From the sequence record OM728297.1: a stretch of 64,000 nucleotides of DNA. One strand, given 5' to 3'. Numbering within the stretch: position 1 is the stretch's first letter; every line of letters begins with the position of its first letter. The position numbers and the translations under genes are program-made. The notes beneath the pieces were generated by a model that was not told the DNA's origin, did not search any database, and saw only the letters and a list, made by a program, of their open reading frames with translations. Positions 46,901 to 55,974 of the stretch are shown piece by piece.

Positions 46901-48239
46901 TCTTATCAGTAATAAGATAGCTAACTTGATAAAGACCGGCTTGACTATAGGTATTAGATTTAACTAAAGATCCCTTGGGAGCATTATTAACATTGTAGTT
47001 AACAGTAATATTTGTACCGTCTATTTCTTCCCAATAAGGTTGAAATTTACCAACAAATTTAGAACCTTCAACTATTTGAGAGGATGTTAATAAATCCTTC
47101 AGAGTAAAGCTAATATTATCTAAATCTTTTTTAGGAGGAAGTACATAGAATGTAAATTCATTCGAATCTCTAGTATTAGTCGGATAAGCTTTATCTTTTG
47201 CTGTAATAATAGCTGAATATTTACCATTTTCAGATAAAGATTGAAGCCTACTGTAAGGTATTTCAATTCCATCTTTTTTTAATTTAATAGTATAAGCAAT
47301 AGAACTATCATCTGCATTCCAATCTAACTTAACTGAATTTGAAAATCTATTTTCAGTTGTAATATTAATATTAGTATTTTTATCAATAAGTGTAAATTTT
47401 ATACCACTTAAATCTTTAGGAGATGAACCTTCAAAAGCAAGAACATAAACTCCATCTGTATCTTGATGGGAGATAGTAGAGTTGGAGTCCAAGTTAAGTG
47501 CTGGTGCAACACCAATTGTATCATTATCCGCAACAGACTGAGCAAATGCGCCATTTATGTTAATACGATACACAATATGACCAAAATCAGGATAAGCAGA
47601 GCGTAACCAGTAATAATAGTTTGAACTAGAATTTAATGATGAATGCTGATATTTACTTTGTGTAACGGCTTCATCAGTTGGTTTAAGAATACGATTAGAT
47701 GAAGAATTTAAATATGGAATTGTTGTTCCTTCTTTTCCACTTGAGCCTGCTAATCCCATTTCTGTCATACTAAATAGGAATACATTATCTTGAACAGTCT
47801 CTACTCCACCACCGTCAACTGATGGAACAATTGTTTTCAAATCAGTCTTTAAAATTCTATTTGCAAAATCACTACTAAAATTAGTTAAGAATCCATCTTC
47901 TGTATCATAGCTATTTCCATTAGAACCAGAAGAAGGAGGTGTATCAGAAGAATTAGTTGCTGTAAACCAAGGTGATGGTTTTGTTGAATTCAACCATTGA
48001 CGCATATTGGAATAAAGCCATCTGTTGTTTCCTGATGTTTGCCTATTTGTATTACTATTACTAGGTTCCTTAGCATCAAATGTCTTAATAGAGATGATAT
48101 TATTAGTCATCAAAGTAGCACTATTTGCTGGATAACCTGCTAAATCTTTACCAACCAATTTCCAAACAATTGGTTTTCCATTATATTTAGTATTAGGATC
48201 CTTTACTAAGGATCCTAACGGTAAGTCTTTAATTATCAT
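43923..48239 (-). CDS. Large fibre/receptor-binding-like protein: N-terminal DUF6273-like (C-type lectin fold) domain, tandem Ig-like repeats, C-terminal GH-SKTKE + coiled coil
   Basis: IVWKLVG, GNNRWLYSNMRQWLN, VFLFSMTE, YYWLRS...GVAPAL; about ten P.W/G.Y.....T repeats. Confidence 0.75.
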   Translation of the reverse strand: MIIKDLPLGSLVKDPNTKYNGKPIVWKLVGKDLAGYPANSATLMTNNIISIKTFDAKEPSNSNTNRQTSGNNRWLYSNMRQWLNSTKPSPWFTATNSSDTPPSSGSNGNSYDTEDGFLTNFSSDFANRILKTDLKTIVPSVDGGGVETVQDNVFLFSMTEMGLAGSSGKEGTTIPYLNSSSNRILKPTDEAVTQSKYQHSSLNSSSNYYYWLRSAYPDFGHIVYRININGAFAQSVADNDTIGVAPALNLDSNSTISHQDTDGVYVLAFEGSSPKDLSGIKFTLIDKNTNINITTENRFSNSVKLDWNADDSSIAYTIKLKKDGIEIPYSRLQSLSENGKYSAIITAKDKAYPTNTRDSNEFTFYVLPPKKDLDNISFTLKDLLTSSQIVEGSKFVGKFQPYWEEIDGTNITVNYNVNNAPKGSLVKSNTYSQAGLYQVSYLITDKNYPDNQATGIINFEVTAAPEDWNDLVLDLRDAITTKPISEGSQFEAKVQPTWKEDSNITYGITVTYNNSLISYKKGDTLTNIGQYTIKFNLTDKNYPDNKKEISVNFEIIEKITDLDTYEMEFIDVNLPEAPNTIISEGKIFKDQEVKPYWQPIPADCTIISYTLERDESTVPFTPNNDVYTDYGNYSITVVLENGAGENKTFIRNFIIAPINTNLDIEIYNDFDETEINEGRIFEDELVLPTWDEPEDCDVDYTLRYDGEDFDFMKDLTVLSNKGDYELELIITEIDNPTNTTTVVRHFSIVDKKVDMNEIALVIVNAITDIPIQNNDVYKGIQVKPFWYTGQLPSNLDYESWITYNGTRRSYDPTDDEDILTEYGDYVVEVKISDHNFPTNYKMVVRNFKLMPGSIDITGKELIIKNKLTGSIIEEGQVFRGKDVAVQPTWDIFAGLKYEHKLYLNGTLLSSFKREDTIRDKGAYRLVVTATDPNYPENKIEISLTFSLTNDLDVDGNENEDAYLNGLPYVMGTPIIDSGDYNLLVVRRKKSNFMVSMSDVNFIVFNPNEEQKPLILADPEYIPSIKDTITIRYPNYGSEFEYKIDSAEEWQSYSEPFDVTDNCIIHARYKDPNGYFVEDTKAITNIDKLPPEPPVVMGFKEGVSTYLTVSPTVQYVYGVEFTATLNGEPYEIGSPIYNEVAEIRDYTLVVTAKKRLNGLTATTIVKFTLDSVPPEPPKIVGVLPEVIQESARPDIDSYEDNPSYKEDNEFEAKLNGRSFKLGTLLNDPNSYQLSVTAIKKINGLRATSYVVFTIIDKIPEPIGPLRISLEPLTEQNKVKAIDGEMVVDRDTGHISIYDDGYLISKTKELEELLALSEKRAVAIDISLQNNEQRINDLKIMKDVLREKVTDLQKRNYEIENDVNTIKSILSYLDFTDLSVIDQFKNSLEEIGTVTSGIRVRIEELRNTTTGKTELALQIMDGLQNNSSLIGETIWYKNNT

Positions 48240-48257
48240 AATTTCACTCCCTTATTA

Positions 48258-50057
48258 TTAACCTTCAATAGTTGGGATAACTGTTGATTTAGCATCTCCT
48301 TCAGATACTCCTCCAATAACTGGAGTGTCAGGTGGTGTAGTATCAATAATATCAACTATTTTGGATGTAATATAGCTTTCATAGTCATCATCACCATCTA
48401 GACTTCGTACATAGATTATACAATTTTTATAGATTTTAACTGGATCTCTGTACCAACGCCAATCACCATCATTAATCCGATATTGAAATTTCATTGTAGG
48501 ATCTTTCGGGAAATTAACAGTGGCTATAGTTCTATAGCATAATTCATTTGGATCCAAAGTGATCGTATATCTATATTTTATTTTCTTATAGAATTCTACA
48601 GTCGTATATTCTGAATATAGACCATTTGAAAGTTTATGTGCTTTAGATTCAATACGATATATGCCCTTTTTAGAGTATGTTTGTTCCTCTGGTATTTGCA
48701 CCCATTGAGTATCATTTAAATCTTTTTTATAATAAACTTTTGTTACAGGTACACAACCAGATTGTACAATTATTCTTGGTGAAACAGGGTTAGGGAATCT
48801 ACCTATGAGTCCGTAATCTTTACCTTGATAATCTTTATCAATTCTAATAATTGGTGGATCAGGTGGATCATTGTCAATGGTAAATACACCTTTTTTAGTA
48901 AGTGTTTTATGGTTAGTATTTTTTCTAATTGTAACAACAATTGTATAAGTACCATTTTCTACTAATGGAGTGCCTAGAGTATATGCTTTACCATTAATCT
49001 TTGCTTCATATAACGTGCAACCACTAGGAACGTTAATAGTTGGATAACACGCCGCTAAATATACTTTGTTATATTCATCATATATCCTTGATGTAACAGC
49101 TTTATCAAAGATCTTAAAATCAGGAGCAGGTGTTGGATCTTCATATATAATTCTTGAAGTTGCAAAATCCATTAATGATGGTGTATCTTTATTAGTACAT
49201 CTTACTGCAACTTCATAAGTGCCATACTTATTAATTTTATAATAATTAGTAAAAGTAAAGTTACTAGTATTACCATCAATATCAGTGTATCTTTGAGCAG
49301 TTATATCATATTTAAATTTAGATGTATCTTCTTTCCAAAAAACAGTAATAGGTTTGTAAACTGTATAAGTTTCTGGTGTATTCGGAATTAAGATATTCTT
49401 ATTAGATCTCTTGTCATACAGATCAATATTAGGTTTTGTTTTATCTGCAATAGATCTAATACCTGTAATATTTACTGTTGCAGATCTAGAGATTTTGTCT
49501 GGTGTTTTTAATTTTACTTTAAATTTAATTGGTCTTCTATAAGTATTATGAACAGCTAGATACCAAGAACCTTTATACCAGCCACTCCAATCTCCATTAC
49601 TAGTACTATTAGCCCACTGATATGTTCCAGGAATAGAAACCCATTTCTTTGGTGTCCATTTTTTAGATAAGTCAGTAGCATCAAATAATTGTGCATTGGT
49701 TTGAGACTTAGGAGCCGCTTTAGATCCTTTTGATATTTTGGTATAAGGTCTTGTACCATAGTTCATGACACCATCATACTTATTCCCATACCAATACCAT
49801 GCCGGATTAATCCATTGCTCTTTGTAGTCATATTTTACTGTAGTTAGAGTCACTTTCATATTTTTCTTAATTGTAACATAACTACTTCCAATAGAGGTTC
49901 TTTTTCCTCCTGCAAGTGTATAGTATTTTTCATTTCCCTTTGGAACTACACATTGAACTTTTATATCTCCATTGGAAAGAACTTGTTTTACAATTAAATA
50001 GAAACCGGATTTAGAACCCTTAATTCTATCTCCAACTTTATAACTAGTTGTAGCCAT
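48258..50057 (-). CDS. Ig-like repeat virion protein
   Basis: Repeats shared with the 1438-aa protein (AKINGKAYTLGTPLVENGTYTIVVT; DNDPPDPP); RBS AGGAGG. Confidence 0.7.
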   Translation of the reverse strand: MATTSYKVGDRIKGSKSGFYLIVKQVLSNGDIKVQCVVPKGNEKYYTLAGGKRTSIGSSYVTIKKNMKVTLTTVKYDYKEQWINPAWYWYGNKYDGVMNYGTRPYTKISKGSKAAPKSQTNAQLFDATDLSKKWTPKKWVSIPGTYQWANSTSNGDWSGWYKGSWYLAVHNTYRRPIKFKVKLKTPDKISRSATVNITGIRSIADKTKPNIDLYDKRSNKNILIPNTPETYTVYKPITVFWKEDTSKFKYDITAQRYTDIDGNTSNFTFTNYYKINKYGTYEVAVRCTNKDTPSLMDFATSRIIYEDPTPAPDFKIFDKAVTSRIYDEYNKVYLAACYPTINVPSGCTLYEAKINGKAYTLGTPLVENGTYTIVVTIRKNTNHKTLTKKGVFTIDNDPPDPPIIRIDKDYQGKDYGLIGRFPNPVSPRIIVQSGCVPVTKVYYKKDLNDTQWVQIPEEQTYSKKGIYRIESKAHKLSNGLYSEYTTVEFYKKIKYRYTITLDPNELCYRTIATVNFPKDPTMKFQYRINDGDWRWYRDPVKIYKNCIIYVRSLDGDDDYESYITSKIVDIIDTTPPDTPVIGGVSEGDAKSTVIPTIEG

Positions 50058-50068
50058 TTATTTACCTC

Positions 50069-50668
50069 CTAACCTATAACTATTACTTTGTATTGATTTG
50101 GTGATGGCGCAGATAAGAAATTTATTCTTATTGTGTTTGCATCCTCAATAGAAACATTAGTCATAACTAAATCTTTTGTTTCTTCATCCCATACACTTAC
50201 ATTAATGTCATCAGTTCCCAAATTATGTCTTATAACAAAGCTATGGTTACTACTATTACCAATTAGTTCTGAATATTTTAAGACTCCAATTAAGCTACCA
50301 TCTTCACTTTCTCTTATATCATTTAGCTTTCTACGAACATCCCCATCTAAATCACTTTCGGGAATCCCATTAATAGGTTTAGAATATTTAGAATCCCAAT
50401 CTAATACTTTAATATCGTTTAAGTGACGTTTACTATCTTCTACATGATTTTTTACATATTCAATGTTTGCCTTACTCTGAATATCTTTTATTAAATTAGT
50501 TAATTGAGACAACTCTATTCCTGAAGAATTTATGACAGAAAGGAGGTTAAATAACTGTTCCATATTCTTTTCCATATATGACAATCTATTATTTAATTCT
50601 TTATAAATGTAACCATTCTGTACATCATTTGATTCTATCCGCATCTCGTTAGGCATAATAACTCTCAC
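50069..50668 (-). CDS. Short fibre-type protein with one His repeat and HNLG beta domain
   Basis: HVEDSKRHL...WDSKYSKPINGIPESDL; VIRHNLGTDDINVSVW. Confidence 0.7.
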   Translation of the reverse strand: MRVIMPNEMRIESNDVQNGYIYKELNNRLSYMEKNMEQLFNLLSVINSSGIELSQLTNLIKDIQSKANIEYVKNHVEDSKRHLNDIKVLDWDSKYSKPINGIPESDLDGDVRRKLNDIRESEDGSLIGVLKYSELIGNSSNHSFVIRHNLGTDDINVSVWDEETKDLVMTNVSIEDANTIRINFLSAPSPNQYKVIVIG

Positions 50669-50689
50669 CTTCTTTAATAATTTTCTACT

Positions 50690-50701
50690 TATCTATATGT
50701 T
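50690..50701 (-). promoter_or_regulatory. Late promoter AACA-N6-TA
   Basis: AACA TATAGA TA upstream of 50668. Confidence 0.7.
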
Positions 50702-50728
50702 CTTTTCCTCTTAAGAACTAGAAATAAT

Positions 50729-50771
50729 AATGTAAATGAAGATAGACAAATAGCCTATCTTCATTTACATT
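50729..50771 (-). terminator. Terminator after the 943-aa gene
   Basis: AATGTAAATGAAGATAG/CTATCTTCATTTACATT. Confidence 0.7.
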
Positions 50772-50778
50772 TATTTTA

Positions 50779-53610
50779 TTAGCGGATCACTACTTTACCA
50801 ATAAAGGCAGTAGGAAATTGTACTTCAATATCTTTTGTTGTATCATTGACACGAACAAGAGATGGTTGAACAGTTTCCCAGAATTCTGCATTTTGTGTAT
50901 AAGCCACAACAGAATATTCAAATGGCTCTTTAGTGATTCCATGCTCAGTAGCAAGAATTGAAACAGTAGTAGCTTCTTCAGTTACCGTTTTAGTGTAAGG
51001 CATAGAAACACTATTAAGTTTGTTTTGCAATTCCACTACTAGATCAGTTGCTGGAATACCTTCAGCTGGTTTAGCATACTTAGCAGACCACTCAGTTTTT
51101 TGTTCATCAGTTACGTGAACAGTTTCATCAGCGATATGATTTGCACTATTAGTAAGAGCTGTAGATACAGACGCTTCAAGGTCAGTAACAGGAATACCTT
51201 CAGCTGGTTTAGCATACTTAGCAGACCACTCAGTTTTTTGTGCCGCTGTTACATGGATAGTACCATCAGCAACATGGTCAGCAAAGCCATCTACAGTTGT
51301 AACAAAACCACTTTCGAGGTCAGTTGCTGGAATACCTTCAGCTGGTTTATCATATTTGGCATTCCATTTAGAGCGTTCAGCATCTGTAATGTGAACAGTA
51401 GTATCACCAGTATGATTAGAAAGATCAGCAACAGAAGCCGCACCATCAATCTTACCTTTAAGAGCATCGGACAGATCAGTTTCTGGAATACCAGTATTAG
51501 GTTTAGCATACTTAGCGTTCCAGCTAGCTCTTTCTGAAGCAGTTACGTGTTTAACTGTATCAGTAGCATGAGCATTAAAGTCTGTGTTTGATACCATACC
51601 ATTTACTTTAGAAATAAATGACTGTGCCATATCAGACTCAGGAATACCAGTTGATGGTTTAGCATACTTGCCATTCCAGATAGTACGCTCTTCAGCAGTA
51701 ATGTGAACAGTAGTATCATCTACATGGGTAGTTAGATCTGCCGCAGAAGCTGAACCATTGATTTTAGCCTCAAGTCCTGCTTCCAAATCTGCCGCCGGAA
51801 TACCTTCTTCTGGTTTAGCATACTTGCCATTCCAAGCAATTCTTTCGTCAGCAGTGATGTGTTTAACAGCATCAGTAGCATGTGCATTTAGATTTGCCTG
51901 TGTTGCCATTCCAGCTACTTTATCACGGAAAGCAAGAGTAAGATCAGTTTCAGGGATACCATCAGTTGGTTTGACATATTTGGCATTCCAGTTACTACGC
52001 TCAACAGTTGTAATATGTTTAACAGTATCATTGGTATGAGCCGCAAGATCAGCAGAAGTAGCCGCACTATTAATTTTAGTTTTGAGATCTTTTTCAAGAT
52101 CTTCTTCAGGAATTCCTGTTAATGGTTTATCATACTTAGCATTCCATTTATCACGTTCTGATTGAGCTAAGTGACGTACACTATCAGTTTCGTGTTCTAA
52201 GAAATCTGCATTAGTAACCATTCCATTAATCTTTGTCTGTAAGCCAGAAGCAAGATCAGTTTCAGGGATACCAGTTGATGGTTTGTCATATTTAACGTTC
52301 CATTTAGAACGTTCTGTTTCTGTAATATGGATTGTACCATCAGCCTTGTGGTTATTCCAATTTTCACGTTCTTTTTCACTAATATGGACAGTAGTATTTG
52401 AAGCATGATCAGTAAGTTCTTGCTTAGTAGCCGCACTACCAATTTTACTCTGTACACTAGAATCCAAATCAGCCATTGGAACACCAGTTGATGGTTTTAC
52501 ATATTTTCCATTCCAAGAAAGACGTTCAGCATTAGTAATGTGAGCAACTGAATCATTTTTGTGATCGGTTAGAGCTGTAGCTGTAGCCGCACCATTAATT
52601 TTATCTTGGACAGGTAATTCTAGATCTTTCATTGGAACGCCGTTAGCTGGTTTATCATACTTAGCATTCCATTTATCACGTTCTTCGCCTGTGATATGTT
52701 TAATAACATCATCTTCATGATCTTGAAGATCAACTGCTTTAGCCGCACTATTGATACTATTTTGAACAATTTCAGAGAAATCAGTCATTGGAATACCAGT
52801 AGCAGGTTTATCATACTTAGCATTCCATTTAGCACGCTCAGTAGATGATGTATGAATATCAAGATTATTAGTATGATTAGAAAGATCGGAATTTAAAGCA
52901 GATGCTTTAATACGATCAGAAACAACTGGATCTAGATCTTTCATTGGAATACCAGTAGCAGGTTTATCATACTTATTATTCCATGCTCCACGTTCAGTTC
53001 CAGTAATGTGTCGAACTGAATCATTGAAGTGAGGATCAAACTCAGTATGACGAACAATATCTTTATCAATGAATTCAGAATAAATTTTTTTATCTGCATT
53101 GAAAAGATCAGACTTTGCAATTTTTGCAGATAATAGACTATCTACTTCTGATTTAATATAAAAACGAGAAGTATCTAGTGTTAATTTATTAAGATCTTCA
53201 ATGTTTTCCAATTTAATTTTACCAGTAAAGTGTCCATCTTCAGTAATAAGAGCCTTAATAACACCTTGAGAAACAAAAGCAGCAATATTACCAGTGCTTG
53301 TATTTTCCAATACAGTACTACCAATATTTTTAAGCATAGAGTCAGTGTTTCTAGCATGCTTTTTCTCAATAGCATCTTTAAGTTCGTCATTCATAGTGAC
53401 TCCAACACTGGATTCATAAATTGGGCGTCCTGTTTCTGTGTAGCCAATAGGGTCAGTATTAGCATTACCAGAAGAATAGTTAGTACCATTCAAGGTAATT
53501 TTGGAGACAGAACTAAAGCGATTATCAGCCATTAATTGGTCAATAATTGTCTTACTCAAGCTATTTGAGCTTAATGTGTTTGTATAGAAAGAACTCAAAT
53601 CATAAGCCAT
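50779..53610 (-). CDS. Tandem-repeat fibre protein (about 13 His-pair repeats of 46-52 aa)
   Basis: Consensus H-x6-H(I/V)-x3-ER-x2-WN-x-KY-x-KP-x2-G(I/V)P-x2-DL; strongly biased codons suggest high expression. Confidence 0.8.
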   Translation of the reverse strand: MAYDLSSFYTNTLSSNSLSKTIIDQLMADNRFSSVSKITLNGTNYSSGNANTDPIGYTETGRPIYESSVGVTMNDELKDAIEKKHARNTDSMLKNIGSTVLENTSTGNIAAFVSQGVIKALITEDGHFTGKIKLENIEDLNKLTLDTSRFYIKSEVDSLLSAKIAKSDLFNADKKIYSEFIDKDIVRHTEFDPHFNDSVRHITGTERGAWNNKYDKPATGIPMKDLDPVVSDRIKASALNSDLSNHTNNLDIHTSSTERAKWNAKYDKPATGIPMTDFSEIVQNSINSAAKAVDLQDHEDDVIKHITGEERDKWNAKYDKPANGVPMKDLELPVQDKINGAATATALTDHKNDSVAHITNAERLSWNGKYVKPSTGVPMADLDSSVQSKIGSAATKQELTDHASNTTVHISEKERENWNNHKADGTIHITETERSKWNVKYDKPSTGIPETDLASGLQTKINGMVTNADFLEHETDSVRHLAQSERDKWNAKYDKPLTGIPEEDLEKDLKTKINSAATSADLAAHTNDTVKHITTVERSNWNAKYVKPTDGIPETDLTLAFRDKVAGMATQANLNAHATDAVKHITADERIAWNGKYAKPEEGIPAADLEAGLEAKINGSASAADLTTHVDDTTVHITAEERTIWNGKYAKPSTGIPESDMAQSFISKVNGMVSNTDFNAHATDTVKHVTASERASWNAKYAKPNTGIPETDLSDALKGKIDGAASVADLSNHTGDTTVHITDAERSKWNAKYDKPAEGIPATDLESGFVTTVDGFADHVADGTIHVTAAQKTEWSAKYAKPAEGIPVTDLEASVSTALTNSANHIADETVHVTDEQKTEWSAKYAKPAEGIPATDLVVELQNKLNSVSMPYTKTVTEEATTVSILATEHGITKEPFEYSVVAYTQNAEFWETVQPSLVRVNDTTKDIEVQFPTAFIGKVVIR
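51010..53031 (-). repeat. Coding tandem repeat array (156-bp and 138-bp units)
   Basis: Ten 52-aa units, three shorter (about 46-aa) units and one 19-aa half unit counted in the translation. Confidence 0.85.
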
Positions 53611-53633
53611 TAGAGTCTACACATCCTTTTCTG

Positions 53634-55967
53634 TTATTTTAATCCTTTGTAATTTACCTTATCATACGGTTCATTACAATCGATTAATATATTGTTATTT
53701 AAGTAAGGTAACACTAGTGATAAATTTTCGTTCAAATAAGTTAAAAACTCAATACTACCAATTTCATTGCAGTCAAAATCACAATCTTTATCCTGTATAA
53801 ATTGTCTATCTACTTTTGTATTAATAAGATAAGACCTGCCGGGATTAAATAAGGAAATATTATCCTCAAATCTCCGTTCATTATAGGATCTGTTACAGTT
53901 AACACTTATATCATGATTGAAATAGGTAGGTAATTTTTTCATATAATCCATAACTACTGGACTTTCTTTTAAACCAGTAAAAAGATTGTTGTTATTTGAA
54001 TCTAATTCGGGAGCAATATTATTTTTAATCATATTAAATAGTTGCTCAAAATATTGATATTTATCTTTCAATTGATAAATATATTTAAGTCCAATATATT
54101 TATCTTGATCAGTTTCTTCTATAGCTTCACTTGAATGAGTTTTTAACCATTCTTCAATAAATTTATCTTGACCAATTCTCTTTGACTTGATATCATCTTT
54201 TGAGGGATATTTTTTATAGAGTTCAATTAGTCTTTTAAGAAGATCATCTTCTTGATAATGAAAAGTAATCATTATATTTTTTCTGGTTCCAATATTTTTT
54301 AAAATAAGTGATTTAGAGTTTATGATATCGTATTGTGTACTATTTAGCTTCTTATTGTTGGCATAAATAGTAAAAGTTCCATCTATTAAAGGATAAGAAT
54401 CATCTTGTAGAGTTATTATTGCCCTGTTATCCTCTCTCTTTGGAACTTCACTAAAGAAAAAATATGAGTTTTTCATATAATCTCTAAAAGTTAATTCAAT
54501 TTTAGAACCAAAATGAGTCATATCTTTAAAAAGAATCATACTTGGAATTTGATTATGAAGTTGCATATTAATTAATGCAAAATCATCATTGGGAGTTAAC
54601 CGATATCCATTAACAAATACCTCTACATTTTCTATATCTTCCATAAATTCTGTAACTACTTCACCATTACTTGTCACATGAGAAACAGGAACAAAATAAC
54701 ATGGAACTTGATAGTAATTTGCCATTAAGTTAAAAGCATCAGTCTTAAAGAACATTGATTCAGTGATATTATTGGAAACTACCATAATCTCATTTCCAAT
54801 TTTCGGAATGTAATTATCTTTTATAATTACCTCTAGAGAAAAACGATCTTCTGTAAAGTAATTAACAATAATTTTAGTTCTTTTAGGATTAACACGTTTC
54901 CATGAGTTACTATTCTTGAATCTAACATAAACTGAAAAATCTCTATGAGAGAAATATTTTCCAATTCCATCTGTTTTAACAGTAATTCCCTTTGTATATA
55001 GATTCTCAACATCTTCTTTTGTTTGAATAATATAAGTACATTTAATTTCTTCATAATCAATTAATGGGTTTCTAAAAGTTTCCAATTCTATAGTTGAATC
55101 ATCTTTTATATCACCCTCTTTTAAATACGAACGACTTATTCCATCTAACTTATTTTGAGAATTATTGTCTCGGTGAAATATCTTTTTACCATCAACATAC
55201 GCATTTAATTTATGTCTATCAGATATAAAATGATTTATATCTTTCATAGTAAATTGATACTTTTCACCATTTACCCCAAAATTAGCCTCTTCGCCATAAG
55301 CATCAAACTTATTAGTTAATAGATATTTTCCTTTAGTACCAGTAGTTAATTTAAATACTCTATTATTTACTGGATTACAAATAAGATTTATTAATTTTTT
55401 AATATAACTAGGATCAATATAATTTTTATTTGTTAATTTATCCATTAAAAATTTATTCATATAACGAATATCGCCATTGATAGTTATTTCTCTTAGTTCT
55501 TTATAATCTTTATCAATTTTAAATAATATCCCATCTCTATTTGGAAAATAACTGTCCCAAGCTTCATCAACACACCATACTCTTAAACGATAAAAATATT
55601 CATCATTCTTATAAGTGACAGAAGGTAAATTATCTGTAAATAGTGTATCTGTAATACTGAGAGATTTTTTAAATTTTTCTCCTCTAGTGATTACATCGCC
55701 GTTATTATCTATAATTTCTATTTGCATGTAGATCTCTAGTTTAGAATAGTTTTTAAAATTCCAAGAGAATTGATTTTTTTGTTTATCTAATTCTCCAATA
55801 TAGAAAAGAGGGATTTCCTCATCTTTCTCAGTTGTTGCACCATTATCATCTCTCGCAGTTATAGAAAGGGTCAGATGGGTACTATCGAACCCATCTGTGT
55901 TATAACTGAGAAGTTCATCAATGTCAATAGGTGAATTTAAGAATTCGGATTGAAATCTAATTGACAT
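53634..55967 (-). CDS. Virion structural protein; begins with the second half of the repeat found in the upstream gene
   Basis: FSWNFKNYS...EYFYRLRVW...WDSYFP; later V.VNG..L repeats. Confidence 0.7.
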   Translation of the reverse strand: MSIRFQSEFLNSPIDIDELLSYNTDGFDSTHLTLSITARDDNGATTEKDEEIPLFYIGELDKQKNQFSWNFKNYSKLEIYMQIEIIDNNGDVITRGEKFKKSLSITDTLFTDNLPSVTYKNDEYFYRLRVWCVDEAWDSYFPNRDGILFKIDKDYKELREITINGDIRYMNKFLMDKLTNKNYIDPSYIKKLINLICNPVNNRVFKLTTGTKGKYLLTNKFDAYGEEANFGVNGEKYQFTMKDINHFISDRHKLNAYVDGKKIFHRDNNSQNKLDGISRSYLKEGDIKDDSTIELETFRNPLIDYEEIKCTYIIQTKEDVENLYTKGITVKTDGIGKYFSHRDFSVYVRFKNSNSWKRVNPKRTKIIVNYFTEDRFSLEVIIKDNYIPKIGNEIMVVSNNITESMFFKTDAFNLMANYYQVPCYFVPVSHVTSNGEVVTEFMEDIENVEVFVNGYRLTPNDDFALINMQLHNQIPSMILFKDMTHFGSKIELTFRDYMKNSYFFFSEVPKREDNRAIITLQDDSYPLIDGTFTIYANNKKLNSTQYDIINSKSLILKNIGTRKNIMITFHYQEDDLLKRLIELYKKYPSKDDIKSKRIGQDKFIEEWLKTHSSEAIEETDQDKYIGLKYIYQLKDKYQYFEQLFNMIKNNIAPELDSNNNNLFTGLKESPVVMDYMKKLPTYFNHDISVNCNRSYNERRFEDNISLFNPGRSYLINTKVDRQFIQDKDCDFDCNEIGSIEFLTYLNENLSLVLPYLNNNILIDCNEPYDKVNYKGLK

Positions 55968-55974
55968 AAATTTA

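Noticed and set aside
47490-47620. Active diversity-generating retroelement
   Set aside because: No template repeat and no reverse transcriptase seen in the window
48240-48260. Stop-codon read-through fusing the 599-aa and 1438-aa genes
   Set aside because: In frame, but three consecutive TAA codons and a good RBS (GGGAGTG) favour independent initiation
51010-53031. CRISPR-like array
   Set aside because: Repeats are in-frame protein repeats with synonymous divergence; no constant repeat/unique spacer structure and no cas genes
51291-53390. Same-strand alternative-frame ORFs (51291, 51915, 52197, 53181; also 12392, 49556, 54833, 62197)
   Set aside because: Nested in longer genes; they arise from biased codon usage and lack RBS
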